Of a stretch of 64,000 nucleotides of DNA, positions 42,951 to 59,126 are shown piece after piece. Both the position numbers and the translations under genes were made by a program. The stretch's first letter is position 1. Each line of letters starts with the position of its first letter. The notes beneath the pieces are model-generated. The model was not told the DNA's origin, ran no database searches, and saw nothing but the letters and a program-made list of their open reading frames with translations. Origin of the DNA: the human T2T-CHM13v2.0 reference genome, Homo sapiens; the NCBI RefSeq assembly GCF_009914755.1, contig NC_060947.1; one strand, written 5' to 3'.

Positions 42951-45900
42951 TTTTATATCAGAAGGAACTGAGTATTGTGTGAAAGTAGTTTTCTTTTTTT
43001 CCTCATAATTTCAATGGTAATTCACAATCTATTTGCTCTTTGATTTTGATTCAACTTATTACAACTGTTTCTCTTTTGTTTTTGTTGGTAGCTACTCTCC
43101 TCTCTACATGCCTATACCACTGACTTCTCTGGTTAACATAGAAAAAATAAAATCTCATCCTGTCAATGAACATTTGGGAAGAATTATTAACCTCATGATG
43201 ACCATAGGAATTTGGGGAAACGTTACATGAAAACTGTAGTCTCAAATCAAAATAGTAATTGTTCAGAAAATTACACATAATATGAGTCTCCTCTACATTG
43301 GTGTATCTTCTCCCACTTTAGTCACCCTAATTCATTTCCTTATTGTTATCATATCATTATCATCCCACGCTCAACAATCACATACTCCTTAAACAAATGT
43401 GAGGATAAAATCTGGGAATCAAAAATCTGTACACATGTGGTAGTTATTTATTATTAGGCATCTTCTCTGAGTTTCTTATCAATGGTACTACCACTTAGTC
43501 TGCCAGGTTCTGTATGCTTTGGAGGTACAAATATTTTAGTACCAAGCAACACCACTTCAAATGCCATATACTAAATGAAGAAATAGTAATTTCTATTGGT
43601 CTACACCCATGCTAATTTTATAGACCTGATTACTATTGCAAGAAACCTTAGAATATGGAAAAGGAATACAGCAAATTTTAAAGTTTGACATTTTTAAGCT
43701 AGATTCTCAAGAATTTTAATTTATTATTTTGTTTATTACTCCCCAGGGTTTAATTTACCAAAAAAATACAGCAAGTATTCTAGGCTTGAGGACAGTAAAT
43801 ACCAAAGAAAGGATATGATTCCTGCCCTCAGAGTAGTCACATTAAAGTGAAGGAAGCAACCTTGTATAGGACTAATCTAACTTACAATTAAACTGTTTTA
43901 ATTTGGAGTAGGCGCCCTCTCCAGGTGGATGGTAAAAGTTTACTGAGCACATATTTCATTCATAAAAATAAAAAAAAAAATGCATCTTTTGCTTCAGTGT
44001 ATGCAACCTTGTACTGAGCGATCCTTGCCCTCAACAAGGTGCTCCTTGCAAGGCATCATCTATGCTAGTGTACATGGTGTCCTTAAATATGTCCACTAAT
44101 TTCTATAACACACACAGAGCATGACAATTTGTATAACAAAAGGAGGAATTTATTTGTTTATAATGGTACAGACAAGAGATAACTGATAAACAAATATGTT
44201 TGATCAAAGAGAATGAGTAGAAATTTGTCAGATAAACAATGAGATGATCAAGAGAGATGTGTTAGGGAGAAGACCACGAAAAGAGCAAGGCAAAACAGGT
44301 AAGCATGAAATTTGACGGACTCTTGACCAGAGAACTCTGAGAATGGTTTGGAATAAGTGACAACAAATTGTTTGCTTAGATAAGATAAAGTGATATTGAA
44401 AAGAGCAGTAAAGTTCAAATTGAATAAATTAGGTTTTGTTTTACTGAAGGTATTGAGCATAGATATAATCTGATTTCATCTTTGTTTTATAGTCTCTGTA
44501 GCCAATATTGGGTGTATATTCATTTGAAGACAAAAACGGGAATCAGGGAGACTGGCTAATTGGATCTTGCAATCTATTCTCTGCTGCCTTTCATTTTTTT
44601 CTATGATTCTGGAAAGGAATATGCAAATCTACTGTTTGATTACTAGCAGTAGAAACAGAAAAAGGACTGTAAGAAGCAATGGTAAAAGAAAATGTGACAA
44701 AACTTGATTTGATAAAAGAAAGAGGAAGAAGAAAATGGGGTATAAGGGAGAACTGTAAAGATGAATCTGGCTGTAAAAATAAATATTAATAAGGGTATGG
44801 ATGATATTCAGATTTGAAGGCAGGCAAATTTTCATTTGCTTGCAGAGCAAATAAATGGCAAATTTTTTAATCAAATATTTTTTTTTCCAAGAAATATGGT
44901 AATAATGGGCAAGAGAGGAAGGGTGTTCATTTTATTCTCACAATAACATCCAGAGTCTAAATACAGCTTTCTGGTATTTGCTAGAGAATGTCATACCACG
45001 TACTCTGTATTTTTATTAAGCAACCTGTTTATATGTTATTCCATTTAAATATGTATTACTTTCTGCAAGTGTTTGTGAAGTAATCTCTCAGGAATGCAGT
45101 TAAGATTCTGTAAAAATGACGGAATTTACTCAGTATAGTCATCCAAACCTTTTTTTAAAATTTACTTAACTTTTATTTTAAATTCAGGGGTACATATGCA
45201 GGTTTATTACATAGATAAATTTGTGTCTTGAGGGGTTGTTCTGCAGATTATTTTGTCACTCAGGTATTAAGCATAGATTATTTTTCCTGGTTCTCTCCCT
45301 CCTCCCACCCTCCTCCCACTGATAGGTGCCAGTGTCTGTTATTCTCCTCTATGTGTTCATGTGTTCTCATCATTTGGCTCCTGTGGTCTCATCATTTAGC
45401 TCCCACTTATAAGTGAGAACATGCAGTATTTGGTTTTCTCTTCCTGTGTTAGTTTGCTTAGGATAATGGCCTACAGCTGCACCCATGTTGCTGCAAAGGA
45501 GATAATTTCATTCTTTTTATGGCCGTATAGTATTCTATGGTATATATGTACCACAATTTCTTTAGTCTACCACTGACAGGCATTGAGATTGATTTCATGT
45601 CTTTGTTATTGTGAATAGTGCTGCAATGAACATGTGCACACATGTGTCTTTATAATAAAATGATTTCTATTCCTTTGGGTATATACCCAGTAATGGGAAT
45701 GCTGGGTGGAATGGTATTTCTTTTTTTAGCTACTTGAGGAATCAGCACACTGTCTTCCACAATGGTTAAACTAACTTAGACTCTCACCAACAGTGCATAA
45801 GCATTTTTTCTCCACAACCTCACCAGCATCTGTATTTTTTGACTTCTTAAGAATAGCCATTCTGACTGGTGTAAGATGGTATCTCATGTGGGCTGCAATT

Positions 45901-45967
45901 TGCATCTCTCTAATGATCAGTGATGCTTTCTTCATATGATTGTTGGCTGCATGTATGTCTTCTTTTG

Positions 45968-46443
45968 TGTAGGGGTTCAGTCAGGATGGTGGGGAAAATT
46001 ATAAAATAAAACACGAACCTTCTTGGAAGGCCAAAAGGTTTTTGCATAGCTTCAGATAGTTTGGCTGAGAGCAGCCAGTCTCTTTGCAGGAACCAGAGTG
46101 CTTAGGGCCCAGATACAAAGGAATGTAGAGTAGTTTATCTAAAGAGCTTGTTTACTCATGTGGTCCTAAAGCTAACCTTTGATTACTCATGGGCAGGATG
46201 GCTCTCTCGGGGGTAGGTAACCAGGTTGATTACCCTCTAATAGTGTTGACTTAAAGCTTTTGTCATTTAATGTGTGCTAAATAAATGCCAAGAAGGCCAG
46301 CTAGCTGGGGCCGTGGCTGACAGCACTCTCCTTAGAGTCTGTAAGTGGCCTGGATACTTGGCCGGTCTGACAAGCAGAATATCTGTGTCAGTGTACATTA
46401 TGCATCTGTCATTGAATCAGGATATGCAAGACAGACTCCTGCA
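45968..46443 (+). mobile_element. LTR22-like (HERV-K HML-5) solo LTR nested in the L1
   Basis: Starts TGTAGGGGTTCAGTCAGGATGGTGGG and ends ACAGACTCCTGCA; perfect 6-bp TSD CTTTTG (45962-45967 and 46444-46449), the ERVK-type TSD length. Confidence 0.88.
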
Positions 46444-48958
46444 CTTTTGAAAAGTGTCTATTCATGTACTTTAACCATATTTTAATGGTGTTTTGTTTTT
46501 CTTTTGTAAATTTAAGTTTCTTGTAGATGCTGGATATTAGACCTTTGTCAGATGCAGTTTGTAATAATTTTCTCCCATTCTGTAGGTTGTCTGTTTACTC
46601 TGTTGATAGTTTCCTTTGTTGTGCATAAGCTCTTTCATTTAATTATATACCACTTGATAATTTTTGCTTTTGTTCCAATTACTTTTGGTATCTTCATCAT
46701 AAAATTTTTGTCCATTCCTATGTCCAGAATGGTATTGCCTAGGTTGTCTTCTAGGGTTTTTATTATTTGGGGTTTCACATGTAAGTCTTTAACCATAATG
46801 AGTTAATTTTTTATATGATGTAATGAAGTGGTCCAGTTTAATTTTTCTGCATATGGCTAGCCAGTTATCACAGCACCATTTATTGAACAGGGAATCTTTT
46901 CCCCATTGCTTGTTTTCAGGCTTGTCAAAGATCAGATAGTTCTAACTGTTCAGCCTCATTTCTGGACTCTCTATGCTGTTCCATTGGTCTATGTGTCTGT
47001 TTTTGTACCAGTACCATGCTGTTTTGTTTACTGTAGTCCTGCAGTATAATTTGAAGTTGGATAGTGTGACGTCTCCAGCTTTATTCTTTTTGCTTAGGAT
47101 TACCTTGGCTATTCAAACTCTTTTTTTGGTAACATATGAATTTTAAAATATTTTTTCCTAATTCTTTGAAGAATGTCAGTGGTAGTTTAGTGGGAATAGC
47201 TTTGAATCTGTAAATTGCTTTGGGTAGTAAGGCCATTTTAATGATACTGATCCTTCCTATCCATGAGCATGGAATGCTTTTTCATTTGTTTGTGTCATCT
47301 CCAATTTCTTTGAGGAGTGTTTTGTAGTTCTCCTTGTAGAGATCATTCACCTCCCTGGCTAGTTGTATTACTAAGTATTTGTTTTTTTTATGTGACAGTT
47401 GTGAATGAGATTGCACTCCTGATGTGGCTCTCAGCTTGACTGTTTTTGGTGTGTAGGAATGTTAGTGATTTTTGCATATTGATTTTCTATCCTGAGACTT
47501 TGCTGAAGTTGTTTATCAGCTTAGGGAGCTTTTGGGCTGAGACTATAGGGTTTTCTAGATATAAGATCATGTCACCTGCAAACAGTGATAGTTTTACTTC
47601 CTCTCTGCTTATTTTGGATCCCTTTATTTTTTTCTCTTGCCTGATTGCCCTGGCAAGGACTTCCAATACTATTTCGAATAAGAATGGTGAGAGAGGGCAT
47701 CCTTGTCTTGTGCTGGTTTTCAAGAGGAATTCTTCAAGCTTTTGCCTGTTCAGTATGATGTTAACAGTAGGTTTGTCACATATGGCTCCTATTATTCTTA
47801 GGTATGTTCCTTCAATATCTAGTTTATTGAGAGTTTTTAACATGAAAGGATGTTAAATTTTATTGAAAGCCTTTTCTGCATCTATTAATATAATCTTGTG
47901 TTTTTTTTCTTTAGTTCTGTTTGTGATGAGTCATACTTATTGATTTGTGTAGGTTAAACCAACTGTGCATTAAAGAAATAAAGCCTACTTGATCATGGTG
48001 GATAAGCTTTTTGACGTGTTGCTGAATTCCATTTGCCAATTTTTTTTGATGATTTTTGCATCAATGTTCATAAAGGATATTGGCCTAAAGTTTTCTTTTT
48101 TTTTTTTTTTGGTTGTGTCTCTGCCAGGTTTTGGTATCAGGATAATGTTGGCCTCATAGAATGAGTTACGGAGGAGTCCCTCCTCCTCAGTTTTTTGGAA
48201 TACTTTCAACAGGAATGGTAGCAGCTCTTCTTTGTACATCTGGTAGAATTCAGCCACGAATTTGATCCTGGGCTTTTTTTTGTTGGTAGGCTATTTATTA
48301 CTGACTCAATGTCAGAGCTTCTTATTAGTCTTTTCAGATATTAAATTTCTTCCTGGTTCAGTCTTGGGAGCATGAATGTGTCCAGGAATTTATTCATTCT
48401 TCTAGATTTTCTAGTTTTTATGCATAGAGGTGTCCATAATATTCTCTGATGATTGTTTTTATTTCTGTGGGGTCAGTGATAATATCTCCCTTGTCCTTTC
48501 TGATTGTGTTTATTGAATCTTCTATTTGTTCTTCTTTATTAGTCTAGCTAGCAGTTTATCTATTTTATTAATTTTTTCAAAAAAAAACAACTTCTGGATG
48601 TGTTGACCTTTTGAATGGTTTTTCATGTCTCAACCTCTTTCAGTTCAGCTCTGCTTTTGGTTGTTTCTTGTCTTCTGCTAGCTTTGGGATTTCTTTGCTC
48701 TTGGTTCTCTAGTCTTTTAGTTGTGATGTTTGGTTGTTAACCTGACATCTTTTTTACTTTTTGATGTTGTCATTTAGTGCTATATATTTCCCTCTTAACA
48801 CTGCCTTAGATTCATGCCATAGATTCTGGTATGTTGCATATTTGTTGTCATTAGTTTCAAATAACTTGATTTCTGCCTTAATTTCATTATTTACTCAAAA
48901 GTCATTCAGGAGCAAGTTATTCAATTTCCATGTAATTGTATGATTTTGAGTGAATTTC

Positions 48959-49250
<292 letters not shown>

Positions 49251-52200
49251 TGAGTGAATTTCTTAGTCTTGAGTTTATTTCACTGAACTGTGGTCTGCGA
49301 GATTATTTGGTATGAATTCAGTTCTTGTGCATTTTCTGAGGAGTGTTTTACTTCTGATTATGTAAACAATTTTAGAGTAAGTACTGTGTGGCAATGAGAA
49401 AAATGTATATTCTGTAGTTTTTGAGTGGAGTATTCTGTGTGTATCTACCAGGTCCACTTGATCCAGAGCTGAGTTCAAGTCCTGAATGTCTTTGTTAATT
49501 TTCTGTCTCAATTATCTGTCTGAGATTGTCAGTGGGGTTGTTAAAGTCTCCCACTATTATTGTGTGGGTGTCTAAGTCCCTTTGAAGGTCTCTAAGTACT
49601 GGCCTTGTGAATCTGGGTGCTCCTGTATTGGGTGCATATATATTTAGGATAGTTAGCTCTTCTTGTCGAATTGGACCCTTTACAATTATGTAATGCCCTT
49701 CTTTGTCTTTTTTTGATCTTTGTTGGTTTAAAGTCTGTTTTGTCAGAAACTAGGATTGCAACTCTTGCTTTTTTTTGTTTTCCATTTGCTTGGTAAATTT
49801 TCTTCCATCCTTTTATTTCGAGCCTAGGTATGTCTTTCATGTGAGATGGGTCTTTTAAAGGCAGCATACTACTGGGTCTTGTTTCTTTGTCCATCTGTCC
49901 ACTCTGTCTTTTAATTGGGGCATTTATACCATTTACATATAACGTTAGTATTGTTATGTGTGGATTTGATCCTGTCATCATGATGCTATCTGGTTATTTT
50001 GCAGAGTTGTTTATGTGGTTGCTGCACAGTGTCACTTGTCTGTGTACTTCAGTGTGTTTTTGTAGTGGCTCATAACCATTTTCCTTTCCATATTTAGTGC
50101 TTCTTCCAGGAACTCTTGCAAGATGAGTCCAATAGTAATGAATTCCCTCAACATTTGCTTGTCTGAAAATAATCTTATTTTTCCTTCACTTATGAATCTT
50201 AGTTTGACTGGATAGATATGAAGTTCTGAATTAATTTTTTTCTTTAAGAATGTTGAATATTGGCCCCCAATCTCTTCTAGCTTGTAGGATTTCCACTGAG
50301 GAGCTTGCTGTTAGTCTGATGGGCTGTCCTTTGTACATTACCTCTGCTTTGTCTATTCTGCTATTAATACGTGTGATTACATTTTGAAGTTCTTGTAGTG
50401 TGTTTTTCAGCTCTAACAGGTCAGTTATCTTCCTTTCTAAACTGACTATTTTGGCTGTCAGCTCCTGTATTGTTTTATCCTGATTCTTAGCTTCCTTGCA
50501 TTGGGTTACAACATGCTCCTTTAGCTCAGTGAGGTTTGTTATTACCCACCTTCTGCAGCCTACTTCTGTCATTTCAGCCATCTCAGCCTAAGCCTAATTC
50601 TGAGCCCTTGCTGGAGAAGTGTTGCAGTAATTTGGAGAAAAAGGCACACGCTGGCTTTTTGAGTTTTCAGCATTTTTGCATTAATTCTTTCTCATCCTTG
50701 TGGGCTTATCTACTTTTGATCTTTGAGGTTGCTGATCATTGGATGGGGTTTTTGGGTTTTGTTGCTGTTGTTTTCTGTTTGTTTTTCTTTTAACAGTTTG
50801 GGCACTCTTCTGTAGGGTTGCTGTGGTTTGTTAGGAGCCTGCTCCAGACCCTAGTTGCCTCATTTTTTCTCATACCTGGAGGTATCACCAGTGAGGGCTG
50901 CAAAATGCCAAAGATGACGGCCTGCCCTTTCCTCTGGAAGCTCTGTCTCAGGGGGGTTCTGACCTATTGCCAACCCAAACGTGCCTGTGGGAGGTGACTG
51001 GAGGCCCTGGTTAGGAGGTCTCACCCAGTCAAGAGGAATGGAATCAGGGACTCACTTAAAGAAGCAATCTGGCTGCTTTTTGGTAGAGTAGTGGTGCTGG
51101 GTTAGAGACCCCTTCAGCCCCTGATCAGCTTGAGCTTTCGAAGGCCTACAGGCTAAACCGGCTGAGAAGCCTGAATGGCTAAGCTGGTGGCCTGCCCTGC
51201 CACTCAGGCACTCCATCTTAGGGAGAATATGGGTGGCCAGAGGCCCTGGCTGGGAGGACCCAGCTGGGGGAACCCCCCCCCCCACTAGAAGGAGTGGATT
51301 GGGGTCCTGCTTAAAGAAGCAGTCTGGCCATGCCTCGATAAAACAGCTGTGTCATGGTGGGGAACCGCCTCTGCCCCTGTTGGCTTATACTCTACAAAGC
51401 CCATAGGCTGGAATGGCTGAGTCGTTTGACATACGCAAGTGGTGGTCCTCACCCTGACTCAGGCATTCTGTCCCAGGGAGAGATCAGAGCTCTGCCCCTA
51501 ATACATGCTGACAGGCATAGCTGGAAGGTCTGGCTGGGAGGTCCTGTCCAGTGAGTAGGAATGGATCGCGGCCTGGCTTAAAGAAGCAGTCTGCTGTGAT
51601 CTGGCAAAGCCGTGGTGTTGCACTGCTGGGGGGCCCTTCCTCATCTGGACTGTTTGGACTCTCCAAACCCCGCAGACTGGAACTGCTGTGTCATCCAACC
51701 AAGCCGTGTGGTGGCTTTCCTTTCCTCTGGGCACTCTGTCCCAGGTAGAGATCAGAGCTCTGTCCCTAATACATACTGGCAGGCATGGCTGGAGGGTCTG
51801 GCTAGGAGGTCTCACCCAGTGAGGAGGAATGAATCGGGGCCCTGCTTAAAGAAATAGTCTGTCTGTAATCTGGCAAAGCTGCAGTTTTGCGCTGCTGTGG
51901 GGGACCCTTCCTTGTCGAGAGCCTTTGGACTTTTCAAAGCCTGCAGTCTGGAATGGCTGAGTCAACCAAACAGCAGAGTTGGTGACTGTCCCTCTCCCCA
52001 GGGCTCCATCCAGTCTCAGGCAGGCTCCACACTCTTGCCAATGGTGGGCTGGAATTCCAAGTCAGTGGATCTTGTCTTGTGACATGCCATGGAAGTGGGG
52101 CCCACAGAATGATGCTGCTCAGCTCCCCAGATCCACCCCCTTCCTAGGGGTATGTGTAGACCTCCTGCCTTGCCTGAGTTGCAGACACATTTGTTGGAGA

Positions 52201-52616
52201 CCCTGGGGTTGGAATATGTAAAGCTCCTGGGTTTCTGCGCATGCCCATGCAACTGCTCTGCAAAGACTCCACACCACTCTGTGTGTCACACCCAAGGCTT
52301 TGGTGGCATGGGCTCACCAGGGGATCTCCTGATCTGTGGGTTGCAAAGATCCATGGGAGAAGTGTGGTTTCCTGGGGTCACGCAGTCACTAACCACTTTT
52401 CTTGGCTGGGTGTGGGGGTTCCCTTGGCTTTGTGTCACTCCCTGCTGGGCTGTCACCCCACTCTGCCTTTCTTCTTTGTGTGTCTAGTTGTTTTCCTAAT
52501 CAGTCCCAGTGTGAGAACCTGTATATTTCAGTTGAAGGTGCTATATTCACTCACCCCTTTCATTCCTCTCCATGAGTGCTGTGGACTACAGCTGCTTCTA
52601 ATGGGCCATCTTGATG

Positions 52617-52800
52617 CATGTGTATTTTCACAAAGCTAGAAGGGAGGATTCTGAATATTTCCAACACAAAGAAGCAATGTTTGAGGTGATAGATGTGCTA
52701 ATTACACTGATTTGATCATTACATATTGTATACATGTATCAAAATATCACACTGTACTCCATAAATATGTACAACTATTATGTGTCATTTAAAAAGTTTT
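52617..52800 (+). mobile_element. L1MA 3' end
   Basis: AAAGCTAGAAG..CAACACAAAGAA..GATTTGATCATTAC..ATAAATATGTACAACTATTATGTGTCA. Confidence 0.8.
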
Positions 52801-54489
52801 AAAAAGTTAAAATTAAGATTCCATATGAAAAAAAAACACAGAAAAACCCAGTAAGGTATCTAGAAGAGGCATGTTTAAAAATACTTTAATAAATATTAGA
52901 CTCTGACCCAACATGCAAAGATACTCCCTTCACAAATATCTAAGTATGCGTTGAGTAAAATTAGGATTGACTTCAATGATTTCTCATTTCCAGTTAAATT
53001 TTTGAAGTGTTTTAATAGTATTTCTATTTCAGTGAGTGTCAATGCTTTATCACATGAATGAGATGAGCATACCAAAATTAATTGTGCATCCAAAAGTTTT
53101 ATGAATTCATAACAAAGTTGAGAAAATATTACTGCAGTGTCAGAAAACAGTGTAATTAACTTTTACATTCTAAGTTTTTACATCAGATTTACACATTGTA
53201 AAATACATTTGTAATTAGTGAAATATTCACTACGTTTATTTTAAATACTCTGAGCATTGCCTTAGCTTTAAAGCTAGAATAGAATGCTTAATTAACATAT
53301 TAATAAGAAAGGTATAAATTATTATATAATTGCTTATCATTTAAGCTTCCTAATGATCAACATTAAAAAGTCTGTATGTGTAAGATTCCTTTTATATCTG
53401 TTTCAAAGTCATTTTACATATCTATATATGATATGTATAATATAAATACTATATGTATTACACATATTAAATTATATATACATATATTATAGATTGAAAT
53501 ATTATATTATATACTGTATATATGTAATATTATATAAGATATATAATATGTATGTATATAATATGTATTAATCCAGCACCTAAAAGCCAACAACTTCCAC
53601 AAATTAATAAAATTGTGTCCAATTATCTTTCACGAAAGTACAAGAGTTCTGTGAAACCATATCTTGCTCATAATTTGGAAAATCACCAATTGATATTGGT
53701 TCAGAGTGGACAACTAAATCAGGTACCACAGAAAAGTTTGTGTGCCAAGCAATTCAGAGGAAACATTTCATTTGCAGATTTTCTGTTAATGACACTGAAG
53801 CTTCCGTGTAATCGTATTTGCAATCACAAATGTGCAGAACCACTGCTCCTGATGTCATTACAGCTACAATAACTATGTTTTTTCAATACATAATCATGTT
53901 TCATATGGAAAATGGGGTGATGTTTGGAATGGTTAATTACCAGTGCTAGCAAATTCTACAATGTAAAAGGGGCTATACAAAAATAGCACCGGATCCTGAA
54001 GAACCCCTGCTGTTCCAGGCCTTAACTCTTTAGTTACCAGGTCTCGAATGGGTCCAAGATCCAGAGGAAATTTTTGAGGCAGCTCTGGTACCAGATGGGG
54101 CACTGAGAATAGTAGCCAGCTATCAACTATCCAAGAAGTATGTCAAGATTTTATTCCCTGGAAAGTATCTACCACTGTGTGCCAGGTGAACACCAGCCCT
54201 GATTTTAGTTGAACCTCATCATACTAACTTACTGTACATATCTAATTGTCCTCGCATTTAGAAGGATGTTTAATAGATGTTAATCCATATATTATGTGTC
54301 CTCTCATCCACATATGTGGATAACATCCACTAAACACAAAAGACTTGTTATATAAGTAATGAATTTTATAACAATTGGTGTATAACAAATTTTAAATAAT
54401 TTTATACAATTTTCTTAGTAAACAGATTATGTAATAGCAATAAAATACTCATTGGTAAAGCTGGTTCTCATAGTATTACCATTTAACAA

Positions 54490-56160
<1,671 letters not shown>

Positions 56161-56511
56161 ATAAAATTTAGAAGGAGACAAAATATTGTACTAGATATAA
56201 TAAAACTTGATCTTAAACCTAGCTTCTCTCATTTAAGGGCTGATTGAAAATACAGAAGATAAAGTACCTAGCAGTGCTTCTGATTTTTATACTGCAATTG
56301 GGACTTATATAATGTAGAATGTGGAGCTCTTCAAAGCATAAAGTTAGATAATATTTGTTTTTGCTCTTCATTAGCTTATTTGCAAAGAGAGAATTATTAG
56401 CAGGATAAACCAAATATACCCTAATGTCAGGAAGATACAAATCTACCCTGAAGATTCTCACAACACTATTTTTTAATAGTAACGTTATTTCCTGACAAAA
56501 TGTTTGCCAGT

Positions 56512-56846
56512 TTTCTTAGTCCATTCAGGCTGCTGTAACAAAATGTCTTAGACCGGTAACTTATAAGCCATGGAACTTGATTTCTCACAGTTTGGAAGGC
56601 TGGCAAGTCCAAGATCAAGGCACCAGCAACATCTGGTGAGCGTCCATTCCTCATAGATGGTACCTTCTAGTTCACATCATGGAAAGGACAAGGCCTCCTT
56701 TATCAGGGCAATAATCCCATTCCTGAGGGCTCTGCCCTAATGACCTAATCACCTCCCAAAAGGCCCCACCTGCTAATACCGTCACCTCGCCAGTTAGGAT
56801 TTCAACATATAAATGTGAGAAGGACAAAAACATTCAGACCATAGCA
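56512..56846 (-). mobile_element. MLT1A-type MaLR LTR
   Basis: TCTTAGTCCATTCAGGCTGCTGTAACAAAA..AAGTCCAAGATCAAGG..AACATTCAGACCATAGCA. Confidence 0.88.
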
Positions 56847-56904
56847 CCATTGTTTAATCTAATCCCACTTGTTGGCAGTTTCCCTAATTCAATTTTTCTA
56901 TGAC

Positions 56905-57390
56905 AATTGCTTCCTGAGTTTTACTATGCACATGAATTACCTGGGAATTTTTTTAAAACATGGAGGCTGATTCTTTAAATCTGGAGTGGGGCCAGAAATT
57001 CTACGTTTCAAAAAAGTTCAAATTCTACCTTTCAAAAGTCTATATCCTCAGACTAGCAACCTCAGCATCAAATGGGAACTTATATAAGAAATGCAAATTT
57101 GCAGGTTCCATCTAAGACTTACTAAACCAGGAACCCTCCGTGTGGGGCCCAGAATCTGTTTTAACAACCCCTCCAGGTGAGTCAGATACAAGATAAAGTT
57201 TGATAACCACTGTCTAGAGCAAGGGTTCTCAACTTTGACTTCCCCTGGGAAGCATTTGAAACTTTCAGCTCCTGGGTCACCCTCCAGACAAATTATGTCA
57301 GTATTCCTCGATACCAAGAAGACATCTGTAGTTTGTAAAACCTCCCATGTGTTTTTAATATCCATCCACAGTTTAGAACCACTCTTCTAG
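56905..57390. mobile_element. Cluster of MER5-family fragments
   Basis: AGAAATGCAAATT..GTGGGGCCCAGAATCTGTTTTAACAA..CTCCAGGTGA..TTTGATAACCACTG and similar adjacent copies. Confidence 0.7.
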
Positions 57391-58747
57391 AAAACAAAAA
57401 CGCTAATATTTTAACAACCATCCTATATGTATTTAAATAACCCTGTTTCATATTATCTAGTCAAGTAATTTATAATTTTATCATTTGGCTTAAATTTTAT
57501 TTTTCAATATTTCAATATCTCATTTTAATTATCTTATAAAAGTGTTCATTTTTTTTCTTTTGCTCTAAAGTTGTTTAATCTCAACCTGGGTACTAAAACA
57601 TGGGAAACATATAATCATGTTTTAATACAATGGGTATGCCTTAAAAATTTGTGGAATAAAGAAAATAATGAATTGAGGACTTCAGGGTTCTGACATTCTC
57701 CTCATTGCTATGTATGAACCTTTGGATTGTGCTTGTGTTTTAGCACAGGGCCACTCCTAATTCAGGTTACCATGATGGCTGCCTGAAATATACAATTGAA
57801 ATCAATTCTTGCCTTTCCAAAAGTAAATAGTCTAGGTTTGGAGGTTAATCGTAAAAAATTATTAATCTCTTTTTGGCATTTTTAGAATTCCAGTGAACAT
57901 AATCTCTCAGAGCATTGCTTTAATCCTTCGCAAGATCTAGGTAAAGTACCAGTCTGACAGCTAACTTATTCTAAGTTAGAAGAAAGCAAGGAGACTTCAT
58001 TGACATTATTAAATTTTTTTTTCCAGAATGTAATGTTTCCTCTCTAAAATCTGAAATGGAAACTATGGTATACAAGATGGGATTTCAGCATTCTGGTACC
58101 TCTTAAACCATGTTATCTCTGTGCATTTCCCAGATCAGACACATCTTCAAACATAACAATAAATACCAATTCTGAAACACGAAGTAAATAATCTGGAGAG
58201 TCTCCAAAGCACTCTTCAACCTCCATGAAAATTGCATTGCTACCTCTTGCCCCTTCTTTTCTCCTGCCCAAAACTCTATGTCCATGGCGACTTCTCTTAT
58301 ACTCTAGAAGAATTCAACAACACTCCTAATAGTAGAAAACTCATGCCTCTATAATAGCTACTGGGATTGTTTTGAAAAAAAAATTCGGAGTACTGATTCT
58401 AATGCTAACGACAATGCTAGTGTATTTACCCAGTTATTATTGCTTGTCAGGGACTGTTGTAAGTACTTTGAAAGAATTTCTTGTTAAGTTCTCACAATAA
58501 TCAACTACTCAAATATTAGATGCTCACAATGACTTATCTGTTTGTCACATACCACTCTTACTCTCTTTCTTCTTTAAACTCATTTATTTTCCCTTTATAA
58601 CATCACTTATCTATATGTTTGCTGCTGTTTTCTCTGTCTTTACCACTGAAATAAAAGCTCCAAGAGGGCAAGGCCTTCTCTACCTTGTTTACTGATCTGA
58701 CTTCATTGCTTACAAAAAAAGCCAGGCCTATAGCAATCGCTAATTAA

Positions 58748-58972
58748 AGACAGAAGAAAAAAGGGAAATAAGGAAGGAAGAAAGGTAGAAAGGAAGGAAA
58801 GAAGAAAAGAAGGAAAGGAGAGATAGAGGGAAGGAGGAAGGGAAAAAGAAAAGAAAGGAGGAAGGGAAGGAGAGAGGGAGAAAGCAAAGGAGGGAAGGAA
58901 ATAAGAAGAGAGAAAGTGTGAAAACAAGAAAATGAGTCAAGGAAGGAGTAAGTGAGGGAGGAAGAAAAGACA
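58748..58972. repeat. GA-rich low-complexity (polypurine) tract
   Basis: Nearly pure G/A with GGAA and GAAA units. Confidence 0.9.
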
Positions 58973-59126
58973 AAAATGCCTGCTTGTAGACCAAGAAGAT
59001 TCACTGGAGCAAACAGCCAAGACATATTAGGAACCCAGGTTTTTGGTGGTATGAAATGCCTGTGGCTGACCTTACTTGTCACTGTTACAAAGTCGTGGAC
59101 ACCTGTTAGGCTCACTCAGTGCTCAG

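Noticed and set aside
51052-52639. Cluster of overlapping ORFs on both strands
   Set aside because: Expected from the GC-rich L1 5'UTR, where stop codons are scarce.
58703-59115. F/L/S/P-rich minus-strand ORFs
   Set aside because: Translations of the GA-rich low-complexity tract.
57570-59126. Search for the missing MRCK kinase domain upstream of the retrocopy
   Set aside because: I could not find GRGAFG, HRDIKPDN, DFG or GTPDY motifs by eye; the region holds MIR/L2-like and low-complexity sequence.
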